From Eledone cirrhosa (Eukaryota), in assembly GCA_964016885.1 (NCBI GenBank), contig OZ024754.1, positions 30,132,001 through 30,196,000 on the forward strand: a stretch of 64,000 bases of DNA, in the 5' to 3' direction. Below the pieces are notes generated by a model. The model was not told the DNA's origin. It did no database searches and was given only the letters and a program-made list of their open reading frames with translations. The translations under genes and the position numbers were made by a program. This document shows positions 1-13,915 of the stretch, piece by piece (positions within the stretch are counted from its first letter, which is position 1; each line of letters begins with the position of its first letter).

Positions 1-91
1 ATGTATATATATATATATATGTATGTATATATATATATGTATGTATATATATATATGTATGTATGTATGTATATATGTATATATGTTTATG

Positions 92-132
<41 letters not shown>

Positions 133-184
133 ATATATATATATATTGTTATACTTTGGGAGGGTCATGTTGCCAATAAGAAAC

Positions 185-214
<30 letters not shown>

Positions 215-216
<2 letters not shown>

Positions 217-295
217 TTGTTTCTACTTTAGGCACAAGGCCAGCAATTACCCAGTGCATTACTGGTACTTTATTTTATCGACCCCGTAAGGATGA
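215..295 (-). mobile_element. tRNA-derived SINE family A, 5'-truncated copy
   Basis: Reverse complement of the family core TCATCCTTACGGGGTCGATAAAATAAAGTACCAGTAATGCACTGGGTAATTGCTGGCCTTGTGCC, with an ATT tail. Confidence 0.85.
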
Positions 296-330
296 GTTTA
301 TGTATATATATGTGTGTGTGTGTGTTATAA

Positions 331-510
331 TGGATTGGCAGTATCTTGCTTACGATCTGAGTTCAAATCCCGCCGAGGTTATCTCTGCCTGTCATCCTTA
401 CGGAGTCGATAAAATGAAGTACCAGTAATGCACTGGAGTCTATTTAATCGACTTTTCCCTTCCTTCAAATTGCTTGCCTTGTGCCTAAATCAAAAACCAT
501 TATTATTATT
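331..510 (+). mobile_element. SINE family A, long variant with central AATCGAC segment and internally deleted head
   Basis: A-box TGGCAGTATC, B-box GAGTTCAAATCC, Deu/Nin-like core and (ATT)n tail. Confidence 0.85.
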
Positions 511-594
511 ATAATATTCGGCATCCCAGAGGTGAGTAGTTATGATGTTCGCTTCACAATCGTAAGATCACGGGATCGATCCAGTTTCATAATA

Positions 595-777
595 TAATTG
601 TTTCTACTTTAGGCACAAGGCCAGCAATTACTCAGTGTATTACTGGTACTTTATTTTATCGACCCCGTAAGGATGAAAGGCAAAGTTAACCTCGGCGGTA
701 TTTGAACTCAGACTGTAAAGGGACGTAACTATGCTGGAAAGCATGGCGTCCGACTCTCTACCGATACTGCCAATCCA
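595..777 (-). mobile_element. SINE family A, full length
   Basis: Complete reverse complement: GGATTGGCAGTATCGGTAGAG...GAGTTCAAATACCGCC...GTAGAAACAATT. Confidence 0.9.
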
Positions 778-819
778 TGTTCAGATATTTACCATAACCT
801 CGAATTGATGTTTGGAAGT

Positions 820-995
820 CCGTAATTCAAAGTGTCAGCCTTGTCACATACTGTGACTCATTTAATCTCGTTGATAATTACGTTAAGGGGGTCACGTGTC
901 AATGGAATTCTCATCCCTTGCACGATAATTTCATAAGCAGGCTGCACCGTTGATCAAACAACTGGAATATATATCGGCCAAACCAACGGAGGTCT
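820..995 (+). mobile_element. SINE family B, 3' body (degenerate)
   Basis: CAGCCTTGTCACAT...CGTTAAGGG...CACGTGTC...GCAGGCTG..CCGTTGATC. Related reverse copies lie at about 1345-1600, 24250-24410 and 52540-52790. Confidence 0.65.
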
Positions 996-1344
996 ATTTC
1001 AGCTTATAACTTTATTTCTTCGGTAGTCAACAGTTTTAGAGCAGTAGATTGATAAGAATTGTTAGAGCGGTGATTGTTCCGATTCTTTTTGGTCTGGGAA
1101 TCGATAAAATAAAATGCCAATCACATACCTGTGTCGTCATAATCGACTGTTCCATCACACCAAAGTTTCTGAATACTGTAGTCTATTATTTTTCGGGGGT
1201 CTCGTACAGTTTTACCGTGTATCTAGTACCCAGCAATCTATTTGATCTCTTGACCCATGTCTTCACAGGAATCTCCATTTTTTGTTGGTTAGAAAGGAAG
1301 GAAAACTACCCCAGACTTCACAAACATATCGATTAAAATTAAAT

Positions 1345-1600
1345 AGAACCGACCTCCCTGGATTTCGACAACGTATGTTCCAGTGGAACAGCCTGTTCAC
1401 GATATTAACGTGTTAGTGGCTGAGTATTCTACTGTCACGTGTATCTGTGACGTAATATTCAGGCAAATTTACCGTGACATGTGCGTGACAAAGCTGGCAT
1501 TCCCGTGACATATGCGTAACAAAGCTGGCATTCCCATGACATATGTGACACAAAGCTGGCATTCCTGTTACATATGCGGGACAAAGCTAGCACTTCGAAT
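1345..1600 (-). mobile_element. SINE family B body with an internal 4x ~30-bp tandem duplication (about 1473-1592)
   Basis: Reverse of the 820-995 body. The unit CGTGACATATGCGTAACAAAGCTGGCATTC is repeated four times with variation. Confidence 0.65.
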
Positions 1601-2436
1601 CATGAGTATAGTTTCTCCGATGGACATCCAAACAGCTTCCGTCTACCCAATTTCATTCACAAAACTAATTTCTTAACCGTTCGGCCATGCTTTTTCCATC
1701 GCTTCAAAATATTAATAGACAAAACCTATGCACATGCCAGTAAACCTGAATAAAATATCATGAATATATGCATAGACAATGAGGCGACTGAAACAAATGT
1801 GATACTGTAAGGAAAAATATGTGTTGAATACAAACACTATCTTATTATATTTGAAAGTGTCCGTGTTAGATGGTGAAAACATGCAGGTGGGGGGTGGCTG
1901 GAGACAGAGACAGGACTCAACGATGTAAATAAAATGTTGGATGGATTAAAATTGTAAAAATTTAGCAAATTAAAACGAAATGACATCTCATAAAATTATA
2001 ATATGGTGAATAGAATAAACTGAAAAATATGTGAAAAATATTATGAATGTAGTCCAAGTAGATTTTTTATTTTGAGAAAGGGCAATAGAAAAGTTGGTAA
2101 CGAAAACAACAAAAATATACATAGGGCTTTAACTTTAAACATGTTTTCATGGGGGCGGTGTGGAGGATAACGTGTAAAAATAGGAGCATGAAAACAAAAA
2201 ATTAAAGCAGTATTCAAATTAAACAAATAAAGTGTGGCTCAAATATGGTTATATGGTTAAATATTTTGCTTCGCAGTCACGTTGCTCCGGATTCGATCCA
2301 ATTGCATGGAACCTTAGGCAAGTACAAGATGAAAAGAAATACAAATTTGATCTGGCCATAAGATAATACAACCAGAGTGTAATGAAATATAAAAAAAAGT
2401 TATTTTTTTCCAATTCCCCTATTCTTCAATATATAT

Positions 2437-3009
2437 TTATACTTGGGGAGGGTCATATTGTTGCAATAAAATTGCCACAAATAATAACAGAACACACTCA
2501 CTGTTTGGTTGGTTTTCGCTGCTGTATCTTTTATATCTCCACAGTTAATTCATTCGGTCCTCAATGTTTACCATTGACTGACCAACGGTCAAAAATACAG
2601 ATATAATATAGATATAAACACATATATATAGTCTAACAAAGTTCTTTCGTTTCACATCTACAACATCGTAAGTGGTACTATTATGTTCCTCCCGTTGTAT
2701 TGTATGTCTCGGCCATTTTTATTTTATCTGACAAATAAAATAAAATGGCGTAGACATAGGAACATAATAGTACCACTTACGATGTTGTAGATGTGCAACG
2801 AAAGAACTTTGTTAGACTATATATATGTGTTTATATCTATATTATATCTGTATTTTTGACCGTTGGTCAGTCAATGGTAAACATTGAGGACCGAATGAAT
2901 TAACTGTGGAGATATAAAAGATACAGCAGCGAAAACCAACCAAACAGTGAGTGTGTTTTGTTATTATTTCTGGCAATATTATTGCAACAATATGACCCTC
3001 CCCAAGTAT

Positions 3010-3015
<6 letters not shown>
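2437..3015. mobile_element. ~580-bp near-perfect palindromic (fold-back) element, probably PLE terminal-repeat derived
   Basis: Arms about 2437-2727 and 2735-3011 with a 7-nt loop CTGACAA. Each arm carries a degenerate hammerhead, CTTACGA-T-GTTGTA.GATG.TGCAAC-GAAA (2772-2813 on +). It abuts (TA)n. Related ends are at 146-180, 3390-3435, 16721-16862 and 38089-38130. Confidence 0.75.
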
Positions 3016-3108
<93 letters not shown>

Positions 3109-3455
3109 AGAAATAGGATTTCGCTTCAAGCATAGCTTTATACAATATGTATAGAAATTTCGTATTTCGAAAGAAATACGATTTTAGGAAGCCGTAGCTA
3201 TGCGAACAGCGGGGGGGCTAACGCCCTCTGGTGTTGTCCAGCATGGAGATGAAGTAACAGATTAAGACCAGAAAAAAGAGGAGGCACAAAAGAGAAGTCA
3301 TTGAGGATGTCACAGAAGTGTGGCAAAAGAATGTTGACGAACTAACGAATAACCAGTAATAAAGATAAAGTAAAAATCATATGGGGCGTGTGTTTCTTTT
3401 TATTGGCAACATTGGCGACATGATCTTCCCCAAATATATATATATATATTTGCAT

Positions 3456-3582
3456 GTGAAAGCGCGTGGCTGAGTGGTGGTTAGAGAATTGGATTCGCAA
3501 TCATGAGTTTGTGGGTTCGATTCCTGGATCGGGCGATGCGTTATGTCCTTGAGCAAGACACTTTATTTTCATGTTGCTCCTT
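3456..3582 (+). mobile_element. SINE family B, tRNA-like head
   Basis: GTGGCTGAGTGG (A-box), GGTTCGATTCC (B-box), followed by GTCCTTGAGCAAGACACTTTATTT...GTTGCTCC. Confidence 0.7.
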
Positions 3583-3700
3583 CTACCTGGAGTTGTGACC
3601 GACAGATAGTACTAGCAATAGAAAAGACCAACGGAAACATTGTTTCCTCGTTCCGATTTGACGAAAGTCTATCGACTGTCGATATATGCATATATATATG

Positions 3701-3786
<86 letters not shown>

Positions 3787-3920
3787 TATTTATATGCATC
3801 TGTGCATATAAATTGGTTTTCGTCTAAACTAAACACGATTCTGTATAATGGAATCGAACCCAGAACTATATGATTGTGAAATTTACTTTTACACAACAAA
3901 CAGTTATACCTACGATCGAG

Positions 3921-3993
3921 ATATTGGGTCGTCAAGTATGAAATTTCTAGAAAAAAAACAAATTTCTACAAATTTCATACTTGACTACCCAAT
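3921..3993. repeat. Short inverted repeat with ~33-bp arms
   Basis: ATATTGGGTCGTCAAGTATGAAATTTCTAGAAA ... TTTCTACAAATTTCATACTTGACTACCCAATAT, two mismatches. Confidence 0.8.
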
Positions 3994-4178
3994 ATAATGG
4001 TTTGTCATATAATTGTCAATTGTGAAACATTTAAAAGAAAACATTCATTGAAATTAATATATAAATGAAAAAAGAATGATATTTCGTGCCTAAACTTATC
4101 TTTTCAGTGACACACTCACCAAAACATAGCTTCATATTTAATGCTGGTTGGGCATGAGTGGTTTATAACAATGAATAT

Positions 4179-4343
4179 AATTGTTTCTATTTTAGGCACA
4201 AGGCCAGCAATTACCCAGTACATTACTGGTACTTTATTTTATCGACCCCGTAAGGATGAAAGGCAAAGTTAACCTCGGCGGGATTTGAACTCAGATCATA
4301 AAGGGACGTAACTCTATGCTTCAAAGCATGGTGTCCGACTCTA
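4179..4343 (-). mobile_element. SINE family A
   Basis: Near full-length reverse copy. Confidence 0.9.
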
Positions 4344-4592
4344 TATAATGAAATGCATTCATTGACAAGCTTCGTAACTTATCTACTCGCTATCTTAGCC
4401 AAGAATAAACCCCAGTAATAAAACAAGTAATAAAAGGAGTAATTGAAAATATGTTATATTCTATAGGCCATCTTTAATAACAACTTCTTGTAAATTTGCT
4501 GTAAAAAAGAATTATTCCCTGCCAAATTTTCTCATAAGAAGATATTGTAAAAACATTCTACGTGACTTACTTGATAAGGTAAGGCTGGAAGC

Positions 4593-4626
<34 letters not shown>

Positions 4627-5276
4627 AGCGCATGTGTACGTGTGTATATACATATATAAATACATATGCCTGTATTTATATATATATATATATATGTGTG
4701 TGTATAATATATACATACATACATCCATACATACATATTTATATACAGATAGGCACGCATTCATATGTTTGTGCGTGTTTGTATGAGTGTGTTTGTGTAT
4801 GTGTTGCTTAAAGTTATCAACCACAAAATAACGAAAAACAGACAATCTTATAAATAAATATATAAATAGATAAATAAATAAACAAGCAAATAAATAAATA
4901 AATAAATAAATAAATATATAAATAAATATATAAATATACAGTCTAAATCAATGAGTAGAAAAAAACGTCGTTTTAAATAATCTATTGTGTGTCATGTTAT
5001 GAAAACCACGCTTGGGAGATGAAAGAAGAGAAATGAAGTAGAAAGAGATATTAAGGAATGAAGTTCAACGAGGTATTGAGGAATGGGATAGAAAGAGGTA
5101 TTGAGGAATGAGGTGGAATTGCAGAATTGGGGAATTGAAGAATTGAGGAAGAGCGAAGAGTTTTAAATAATTGCTATGTACTTATTAAATTCTATCTTAT
5201 TCTGGTTTATTTTCTTTCACTTTCCTACTCGGGGATTCCTATTGTTTTTTTCTTCGATAGTGTGTTTTTATCTATA

Positions 5277-5399
<123 letters not shown>

Positions 5400-5514
5400 G
5401 AGTGTGTGTGTGTGTATGCGTGCGTTAGTATGTTTGTATGTGTCTGTATGTATGTATGTTGTTATGTATATATATATATATATATGTGTGTGTGTGAATG
5501 TGTGTGCGTGTGAA

Positions 5515-5575
<61 letters not shown>

Positions 5576-5857
5576 GTGTGCGTGTGTGTGTGTATGTGTA
5601 TGTTTGTGTCTGTACTTTTATTTTCCCAACTCAATTATCGTTTGTCGCAGCTGCTGTTGGTATAATTGTTGTTGTTGCTGTTATTGTCGATCTTGTTGCT
5701 AAGCCATTATACTTATAGACTAAAACCTTGTTTTTTTTCTGTATTGTTTATTAAAAAACAATCCGATACTTTAACCATCACACATTTCACGTCTCAAAAA
5801 AGATTTTTAAGTAATAGACGATAATAGAAAGAAAATTTGTCTATCATTTCTATATAA

Positions 5858-6077
5858 TAGAGTCTCTCTGATTCATTTAAGGTAAGCCGAGCTAAATGTT
5901 TTAAAAGTTTGCTTAGCAATCCTAAGATCCTTGTAGAGACTCTCTGATTCATTTAAGGTAAGCCGAGCTAAATGTTTTAAAGGTTTGCTTAGCAATCGTA
6001 AGATCCTTGTAGAGTCTCTCTGATTCATTTAAGGTAAGCCGAGCTAAATGTTTTAAAAGTTTGCATAGCAATCGTAA

Positions 6078-6079
<2 letters not shown>
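5858..6079 (+). repeat. 76-bp tandem repeat, about 2.9 copies
   Basis: TAGAGTCTCTCTGATTCATTTAAGG... starts at 5858, 5934 and 6010. Confidence 0.9.
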
Positions 6080-6495
<416 letters not shown>

Positions 6496-6497
<2 letters not shown>

Positions 6498-6860
6498 ATC
6501 GGTAGAACGTCAGACGCCATGCTTTGCAGCGTAGAGTTATGGCCTTTTGCGTTCTGAGTTCAAATCCGCCGAGGTTAACTTTGCCTTTTATCCTTATGGG
6601 GTCGATAAAATAAAACACCAGTAATGTACTGGGTAATTATTGGCCTTGTGCCAAAAGTAGAAACATTATTCGGTGAATTGGCAGTATCGGTAGAGTGTTG
6701 GACGCCATGCTTTCTAGCATAGTTACGTCCCTTTACAATCTGAGTTCAAATCCCACCGAGGTTAACTTTGCCTTTCATCCTTACGGGGTCGATAAAATAA
6801 AGTACCAGTAATGTACTGGGTAATTGCTGGCCTTGTGCCTAAAGTAGAAACAATTATTAT
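6496..6860 (+). mobile_element. SINE family A, head-to-tail dimer (6496-6668 and 6672-6860)
   Basis: Two consecutive copies, each with B-box, core and ATT tail. Confidence 0.9.
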
Positions 6861-7545
6861 TTTTTGCTGTCAAGATACTATTGAGCACTTTCTTTAGTTC
6901 ATATTAAGTATATTTAAGTGTATAAAACTATAGATTGTATTGCCTTGGTTTTAACTAGATAACTTAACTGTAAAGATGCAAAATAGAATCTCAAAGAGTA
7001 ATAGATAAAAAAAAAAAGAGGTAACATCTAAAAGACAACAACAACAACAACAACAACAACAGTGACAACATCTAAAAGAATATATATACTGGAATCTACT
7101 TCAGTGATTTAGTTTCTAAAGAAAAGACTTCAATGTTTTTGATTGTCTGCCAAAGTCCTAGAAAGACAGAAAATTTTCCGAAACGATGCCTCAAATCTTC
7201 GTTCAACTGTTGCTCTTTTAAAATAAGGAAATAATTCTTTGATTTTAAGCACTCTTTGAAATATGTGATAAGGAAAAAATGTTAATGTGCAAAACAGCGT
7301 GTGTAAGATTCATAGTGTGCAAGATTATGTGTTTACTTCTGTGATTACGTATGTGTGGGGGGGTAGGAGGAAGGTGGTATCTATTTATGTGTGAGAAACT
7401 TCAGAGGCGTACATCACAGTTTTATTATTTTACTAAAAATAAATTCACACAACACCATATATATTACATTTACACAACACCATATATATTACATTTACAC
7501 GATCTTGTCAACACTATGTATATGAAAGGAAAGGGAAAGTCGGAA

Positions 7546-7712
7546 AGTCGATTAAATCAATCCCTGTGCGTTTTTGGTACTTTATTTTATTGACCCCCGA
7601 AAGGATGAAAGGCAAAACTAACCTCAGCGAGATTTGAAGTCAGAATGTAAAGGGCCTTAACTATATGCCGCGAAGCATGTTGTCCGACGCTTTCCCGATA
7701 CTGCCAATTCAC
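7546..7712 (-). mobile_element. SINE family A, long variant, diverged
   Basis: Reverse core AAGGATGAAAGGCAAA and head CTGCCAATTCAC. Confidence 0.8.
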
Positions 7713-7919
7713 AGGAAGTTATGTCAACACTATCAAACACCAATAGAAATATGTGATACAGGCATATACCAGAAAAGGTGTCGAAGAATAACCATACTCT
7801 GTGCTATTCCAATCACACCGACAGTGAGAGCAAAGTCTACCGATCAGATATTATACTGAAAGATCACAGAGACAAAATACCTATTAACTGATGTATTAAA
7901 GCCCATATACTATACACTA

Positions 7920-8372
7920 CCACCCCCAGGGGTGTTGAGAAGGTCCAAGAGACGCTGGGGTCTGAGGGGGTGGATTGGCAGTATTGGTAGAGGGTCGGAC
8001 GCCATGCTTTGCAGCTAAGAGTTACGTCCCTTTATGGTCTGAGTTCAAATCCCGCCAAGGTTAACTTTGCCTTTCATCCTTACGGGGTCGATAAAATAAA
8101 GCACCAGTAATGCACTGGAATAATTGCTGGCCTTGTGCCAAAAGTAGAAACAATTAAATTAAATATCAAATGATACATATTATAAATATAGTAAAATAAA
8201 AAAATATTTATTTATACATGGTATATATAATATTATTTATTATAAATGAATTATCGATTTTATTAATAATCGTTTATAATTTGCGTGTAGGGCAGGCCTC
8301 TCTGGAAATAGGGTTGGGGGCACTGAGGGTGTTATTGAGGGGAGAGGTGACCCAGAAAGTTTGAGAACCTTT
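7920..8372. mobile_element. hAT (Charlie-like) MITE interrupted by SINE A
   Basis: The AT-rich body and right TIR TTTGAGAACCTTTG match the intact copy at 53103-53410. The left end is degraded. Confidence 0.7.
7968..8156 (+). mobile_element. SINE family A, full length, nested in the hAT MITE
   Basis: GGTGGATTGGCAGTATTGGTAGAG...GTAGAAACAATT. Confidence 0.9.
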
Positions 8373-8736
8373 GTACTACACTATAGCTATCGAGAAAATG
8401 AAGAAATAATCCAAATATAAAGATCTGGAGATAGAAATAACCTGAATGTAGGAGATGAAAACAGAATTGGTTCCTATAATATTTGCTGCTCTGGGAATGA
8501 TGAAAAAAGCACACAGACAGATACATAACGAAACCACCAGAACCTAGAAATATATAAACAGAATATAGAAAATAGCAGTACTTGGCACTGCACATATATT
8601 ATGAGTATTCTCAATAGAAGAGAAACACCAAAAACAACACTTCACATACCCAAGGTACATAAGACTGTGCTTGGTAATGATGTGACAACACATAATAGAA
8701 ATAAGATTAATAATGGGGATGATGAGGATGATAAAA

Positions 8737-8922
8737 ATAATTGTTTCTACTTTGGGCACAAGGCCAGCAATTACCCAGTGCATTACTGGTACTTTATTTT
8801 ATCGACCCCGTAAGGATGAAAGGCGAAGTTAACCTCGGCGGGATTTGAACTCAGAATGGAAAGGGGTGTAACTCTATGCGTCAAAGTATGGCGTTCGACC
8901 CACTACTGATACTGCTAATCCA
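8737..8922 (-). mobile_element. SINE family A, full length
   Basis: Reverse copy with both head and tail. Confidence 0.9.
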
Positions 8923-9110
8923 ATGATAATAACAACAATAAGAACAACAGTAACAGCAACAACAACAGTAACAGCAACAACAACAGTAACAACAACAACT
9001 GAGATTTGTAGAAAAATTGAAGGCCACAGAAACAGAAATATTTATAATGGATAGAGAGAACATATTGATTGTATGTATATATATATATATATGTGTGTGT
9101 GTGTGAGAGA

Positions 9111-9197
<87 letters not shown>

Positions 9198-9198
9198 T

Positions 9199-9229
<31 letters not shown>

Positions 9230-9496
9230 TACGTGTGTGCTGAGTTGTCTATATGTACATGTAGTTACAATTTGCTGTATAGAATTCACTTTCAACGCTT
9301 GACCGGCTCCACCCACTCCCTCACTGTTCTACAGGCAAGTTCAGCCACCCCCACCTCCCACCCACTGCCATGATAGACTTAATTGTGTTTACAAGAAATT
9401 TTGACCAATCCTTTTGGCAACTACAATCTTCCCATATAAGGAATTACCCCTTGAAAAGTTCGGCTATTTAATTACCACGCTAAAAATTCTAATTTA

Positions 9497-9636
9497 GTCC
9501 AGAAATAGCCGTCGAAACGGCTTGAGCTCTGCCGTCGGGGTCATACATTTTCCTATTACCCACTCTACTACCCTAAGTATTGAGTACTCTGGTGCGTTAT
9601 GGTCTATCTGGTTCCTTACCACAATTCCTTCGTTTT
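9497..9636 (+). mobile_element. Family X copy, 5'-truncated in the stem II loop
   Basis: Begins AGTCCAGAAATAGCCGTCGAAACGGC and ends CCTTCGTT before (TA)n. Confidence 0.75.
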
Positions 9637-9692
9637 ATATATATATATATCAACACCATAAACACAGAGCTGGCATATCTCAGAAATGACTA

Positions 9693-9746
9693 ACTGCCTG
9701 ATGAGGTCATAGCCACTCAATGGCTATCATCGAAATATATAGCAGT
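9693..9746 (+). ncRNA. Type I minimal hammerhead ribozyme in a solo pLTR-like piece (9651-9791) flanked by (TA)n
   Basis: ACTGC-CTGATGA-GGTCATAGCCA.CTCAA.TGGCTATCATC-GAAA-TATA-TA^GCAGT, followed by AATAAA. Confidence 0.85.
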
Positions 9747-10118
9747 AAATAAAGGATTATGAGTTCATGCAATTGACTTATGTTTCGTCACTATATATAT
9801 ATATATATATCGGACGGTCTGTACCTCTCTCGCTCATGAAATCCACCCAGCTTATGCTGACCGGACAACCATGTTGCTTGTTTATTTTCCTATCTTCGGT
9901 TTGCTTTTATCCTTCTATGTTGTTTACTTATCCCCCTCGCTTTACGCGAATTACTTGTCCCAATAACATTTTTTAGTTATTGCTCGCACCAACCTGAGCT
10001 ATCTGATTTTTAATGCGATGAAATACCAATGATGGTTGGAAAATCACTGACGAAGGACTATTTTTATCATATGTAACCCATGTGCAACCACGCAGTATTC
10101 TTCTTTCTTCTCATGTTT

Positions 10119-10159
<41 letters not shown>

Positions 10160-10936
10160 GCATCCGTGTGTGTTTCATAGTGCGCGCGTCGTGTGTCCGT
10201 CTTTGTATGTGTATTTGTGTATGTCTATGTATATATCTATATGCACACGTGTGTGTCTGTAAACATGCATGTGTGTGTGTTTCCCTCTGTGTGTCTATGT
10301 GTGTGAATGTACTTGTGTATGTTAATGTGTGTGCTAGAATTTCAGCTCGAGAAGGTAAAAACCAGCCGTGAGATGAATTGTCAATGGGTCATCTCAACGT
10401 GTTCAAAAGAGCAACATGGGAAACAACTGCGATCAAGCAATACTTTGCTATCTAAAGAGTGGTTTTCCAATTATTTTCTACCCGTAGAGCATAAAAATAG
10501 TTGTTGGGAACCATTGGGAATGGTTTAATGTTGCTTCTGTGAGAAAGAGAGTTCATTTTACTTTCAGAAATAATAAAAACAATGTAGGTATTCAGTTTTA
10601 TGCCAATAGATTTGATGCGAAATCTATGAAGCTTTTAAAACACATTAAGCGAGGCATCAGTTATTTAGTCTTTCTCTCTCTCTTGGCAAACATCGTTGGG
10701 TTCTCATGCTGATATATACTCCAAGAGACGGGTCAACGACGCTACAGATATTCATTTTCGAGAATCATGATTGATATTTTGGTTTTGTTTCCTATATATT
10801 TAGTATTATGTGAAGCTTTTGCCGATATATTTCTTATTATTTATTCTGTGTGTGTGCGTATATCTCAGCCTATGTATGTATGTATGTAAGTGTGTATGTA
10901 TTTATGTATGTGTATATATATATATATGTATGTGTG

Positions 10937-11009
<73 letters not shown>

Positions 11010-11142
11010 TTTTTCTTCTAAGAAGTGGCCGTAATCGTACACTAGTTGACTTCCACTATGTGTGTGTGTATTTATATGTATATGTATATAAATATAAATA
11101 CACACACACATATAGTGTATATATACACACAAACACTCACAC

Positions 11143-11240
<98 letters not shown>

Positions 11241-11255
11241 GTATATATATATATG

Positions 11256-11360
<105 letters not shown>

Positions 11361-11374
11361 GTATATATACCTAA

Positions 11375-11413
<39 letters not shown>

Positions 11414-11599
11414 GCTTTCCCGTCAATCCCAACCTTATTTTAATTGAGTCGTATATGCGCTCAATGGCGTAGATAAGCTTCCGGTATAGTTTTACCGAAG
11501 TGTTTCAGTCTTGGAGAGAATATAATGGTGAGGTGGTGTTTGTTGAAAGTAGCATTCTGATTTGTATCCAAAATTCATACGTATACACACACACACACA

Positions 11600-11633
<34 letters not shown>

Positions 11634-11639
<6 letters not shown>

Positions 11640-11872
11640 ATTAAATAAATGGAAAACTATATTTATAAAACCATATTTATTTCATTATATATATTTCGGG
11701 GATATCATATTAACAATATGCTATGCCTTCATCAGACAAAATACAATATAAACAGTTTTATAGATAAATATATTCGACATACCGTAATAATGTTAATATG
11801 ATATCCCCGAAATATATATAATGAAATAAATATGGTTTTATAAATATAGTTTTCCATTTATTTAATATTGTA
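11634..11872. repeat. Inverted repeat, 82-bp arms and 75-nt spacer (PLE pLTR fold-back)
   Basis: 11634-11715 is the reverse complement of 11791-11872. Same family as 48543-48790 and 56130-56245. Confidence 0.9.
11684..11740 (-). ncRNA. Hammerhead-like motif with weak stem I
   Basis: Minus strand: TTGT-CTGATGA-AGGCATAGCATATT..AATATGATATCCCC-GAAA-TATATATAAT..AATAAA. Confidence 0.6.
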
Positions 11873-12093
11873 AATATACTCCAAATATTTGTCGAGTGCT
11901 TTTATATCAGTTATAAATATTTACTAGTTGTAACCCAACAATTTTAAATATAACTTTACATGTATATATATATATATATATATATTGTTGAAGCACAGTC
12001 AGATGAGAAAACACATACACACAGAGGAAATATATAGATACACACATATGTATCTGTGTGTATATATATATATATATATATGTATGTAAGAAT

Positions 12094-12498
<405 letters not shown>

Positions 12499-12913
12499 TA
12501 TATACATAATTATGCATATATATATATAAATAAATATGCATATATACAATCCAAGGGATGATAAGTTTTTATTTTACAACCTTTCCGCCAGGAAGGTGGC
12601 CGGTCAAAAATGTATTCGAAATTAAGAGAAAGAGAAACATTCATACATACATACATGCTTACATGCATACATACATACATACATACATACATACATACAT
12701 ACATACATACATACATGCTTACATGCATACATACATACATACATACATACATACATACATACATACATACATGCTTACATGCATACATACATACATAGAT
12801 ACATACATGCTTACATGCATACATACATACATACATACATACATACATACATACATACATACATACATACATGATGGCTGCCCCCTTGTTATCGAGTATG
12901 GCCATTGCACGAG

Positions 12914-12944
<31 letters not shown>

Positions 12945-12949
12945 AACAA

Positions 12950-13124
12950 TAATAATAATAATTGTTTCTACGTTAGGCACAAGGCCAGCAATTACCCAGT
13001 GTATTACTGGTACTTTATTTTATCGACCCCGTAAGGATGAAAGGCAAAGTTAACCTCGGCGGGATTTGAACTCAGAATGGCAAGGGCCGTAACTCTATGC
13101 GTCAAAGCATGGCATCTGATACTC
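12950..13124 (-). mobile_element. SINE family A
   Basis: Reverse copy with (AAT)n tail. Confidence 0.9.
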
Positions 13125-13244
13125 TAATAATAATAATAATAACAACAATAATAATAACGACAACAACAACAATAATAATATACATATATATATATATACA
13201 CACACACGCACACACATAAACATATCTACACACACACACACACG

Positions 13245-13612
13245 ATAGCAATTAACAGCGCTGCGATCGAATGTGGCTTTTTAGCCCAGCCAATGATCTA
13301 AAATGTCTTGCACAGAGTCGGCAACCAAAACATTCACTGGGAATAGTCGGCTGTGGTTGGAGTTCGTGTACTTTTGCATGTCGCTTGAGCTCTCCTGCTG
13401 ATTTACATTCTCTACCACATGTTTGGCAAGCATGATGAGCAGCATCTCCAACAGCAGCCTGGTAGTCAACCACTGGTCTTACTTTATGACTGTGAAGATG
13501 ACTTTCGAGTCCTGCTTTGCTTAGGCAGAGTCTCGCACAGACGCTGCATGTCAGTACCATAGGAGGACTCCCGCCGTCTGGAAGTGCAACAGCAATGCCC
13601 TTCCTCACATCC
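13245..13612 (-). mobile_element. 3' end of a LINE (RTE-like) ORF with three C2H2 zinc fingers
   Basis: CSVCARLCLSKAGLESHLHSH, CQTCGRECKSAGELKRHAKVH and CRLCARHFRSLAGLKSHIRS. This matches the CxxCxRxxxSxxGLxSH C-terminal finger of RTE-group ORFs. The stop is directly followed by a (TG)n microsatellite. Confidence 0.65.
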
Positions 13613-13915
13613 CGCTTTACTTTTTCGTATGCGATTCGAGTAAATACACATATGTTCGCGGACGTACGTCAACCAAAACACAAAGTACACATATACACAC
13701 ACCCTACATACGTACGAGCCCGCATACTCACACAGGCGCAAAACTCACGTATACACATAAGCAAATGCACATGTACCAATATATATAATATATATGCCAA
13801 TAAGATATACAAGCAAATATACGCACGAGAAAGTATACGTACCTTCACAAAACATACAGGTAATATATACTTACCTATACGAATAAGTAATGGTATTAAC
13901 ATAACATATACTTAG

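Noticed and set aside
3132-3205. Multi-stem structure GCATAGCT...CGTATTTC-GAAA-GAAATACG...AGCTATGC
   Set aside because: It may be a decayed ribozyme, but the core nucleotides cannot be recognised.
3456-3540. tRNA gene
   Set aside because: A and B boxes are present but there is no clean cloverleaf, and it continues into a SINE body. The same applies to the family A heads.
9985-10060. Additional hammerhead (CTGACGA at about 10047)
   Set aside because: There is no correctly placed stem II plus GAAA.
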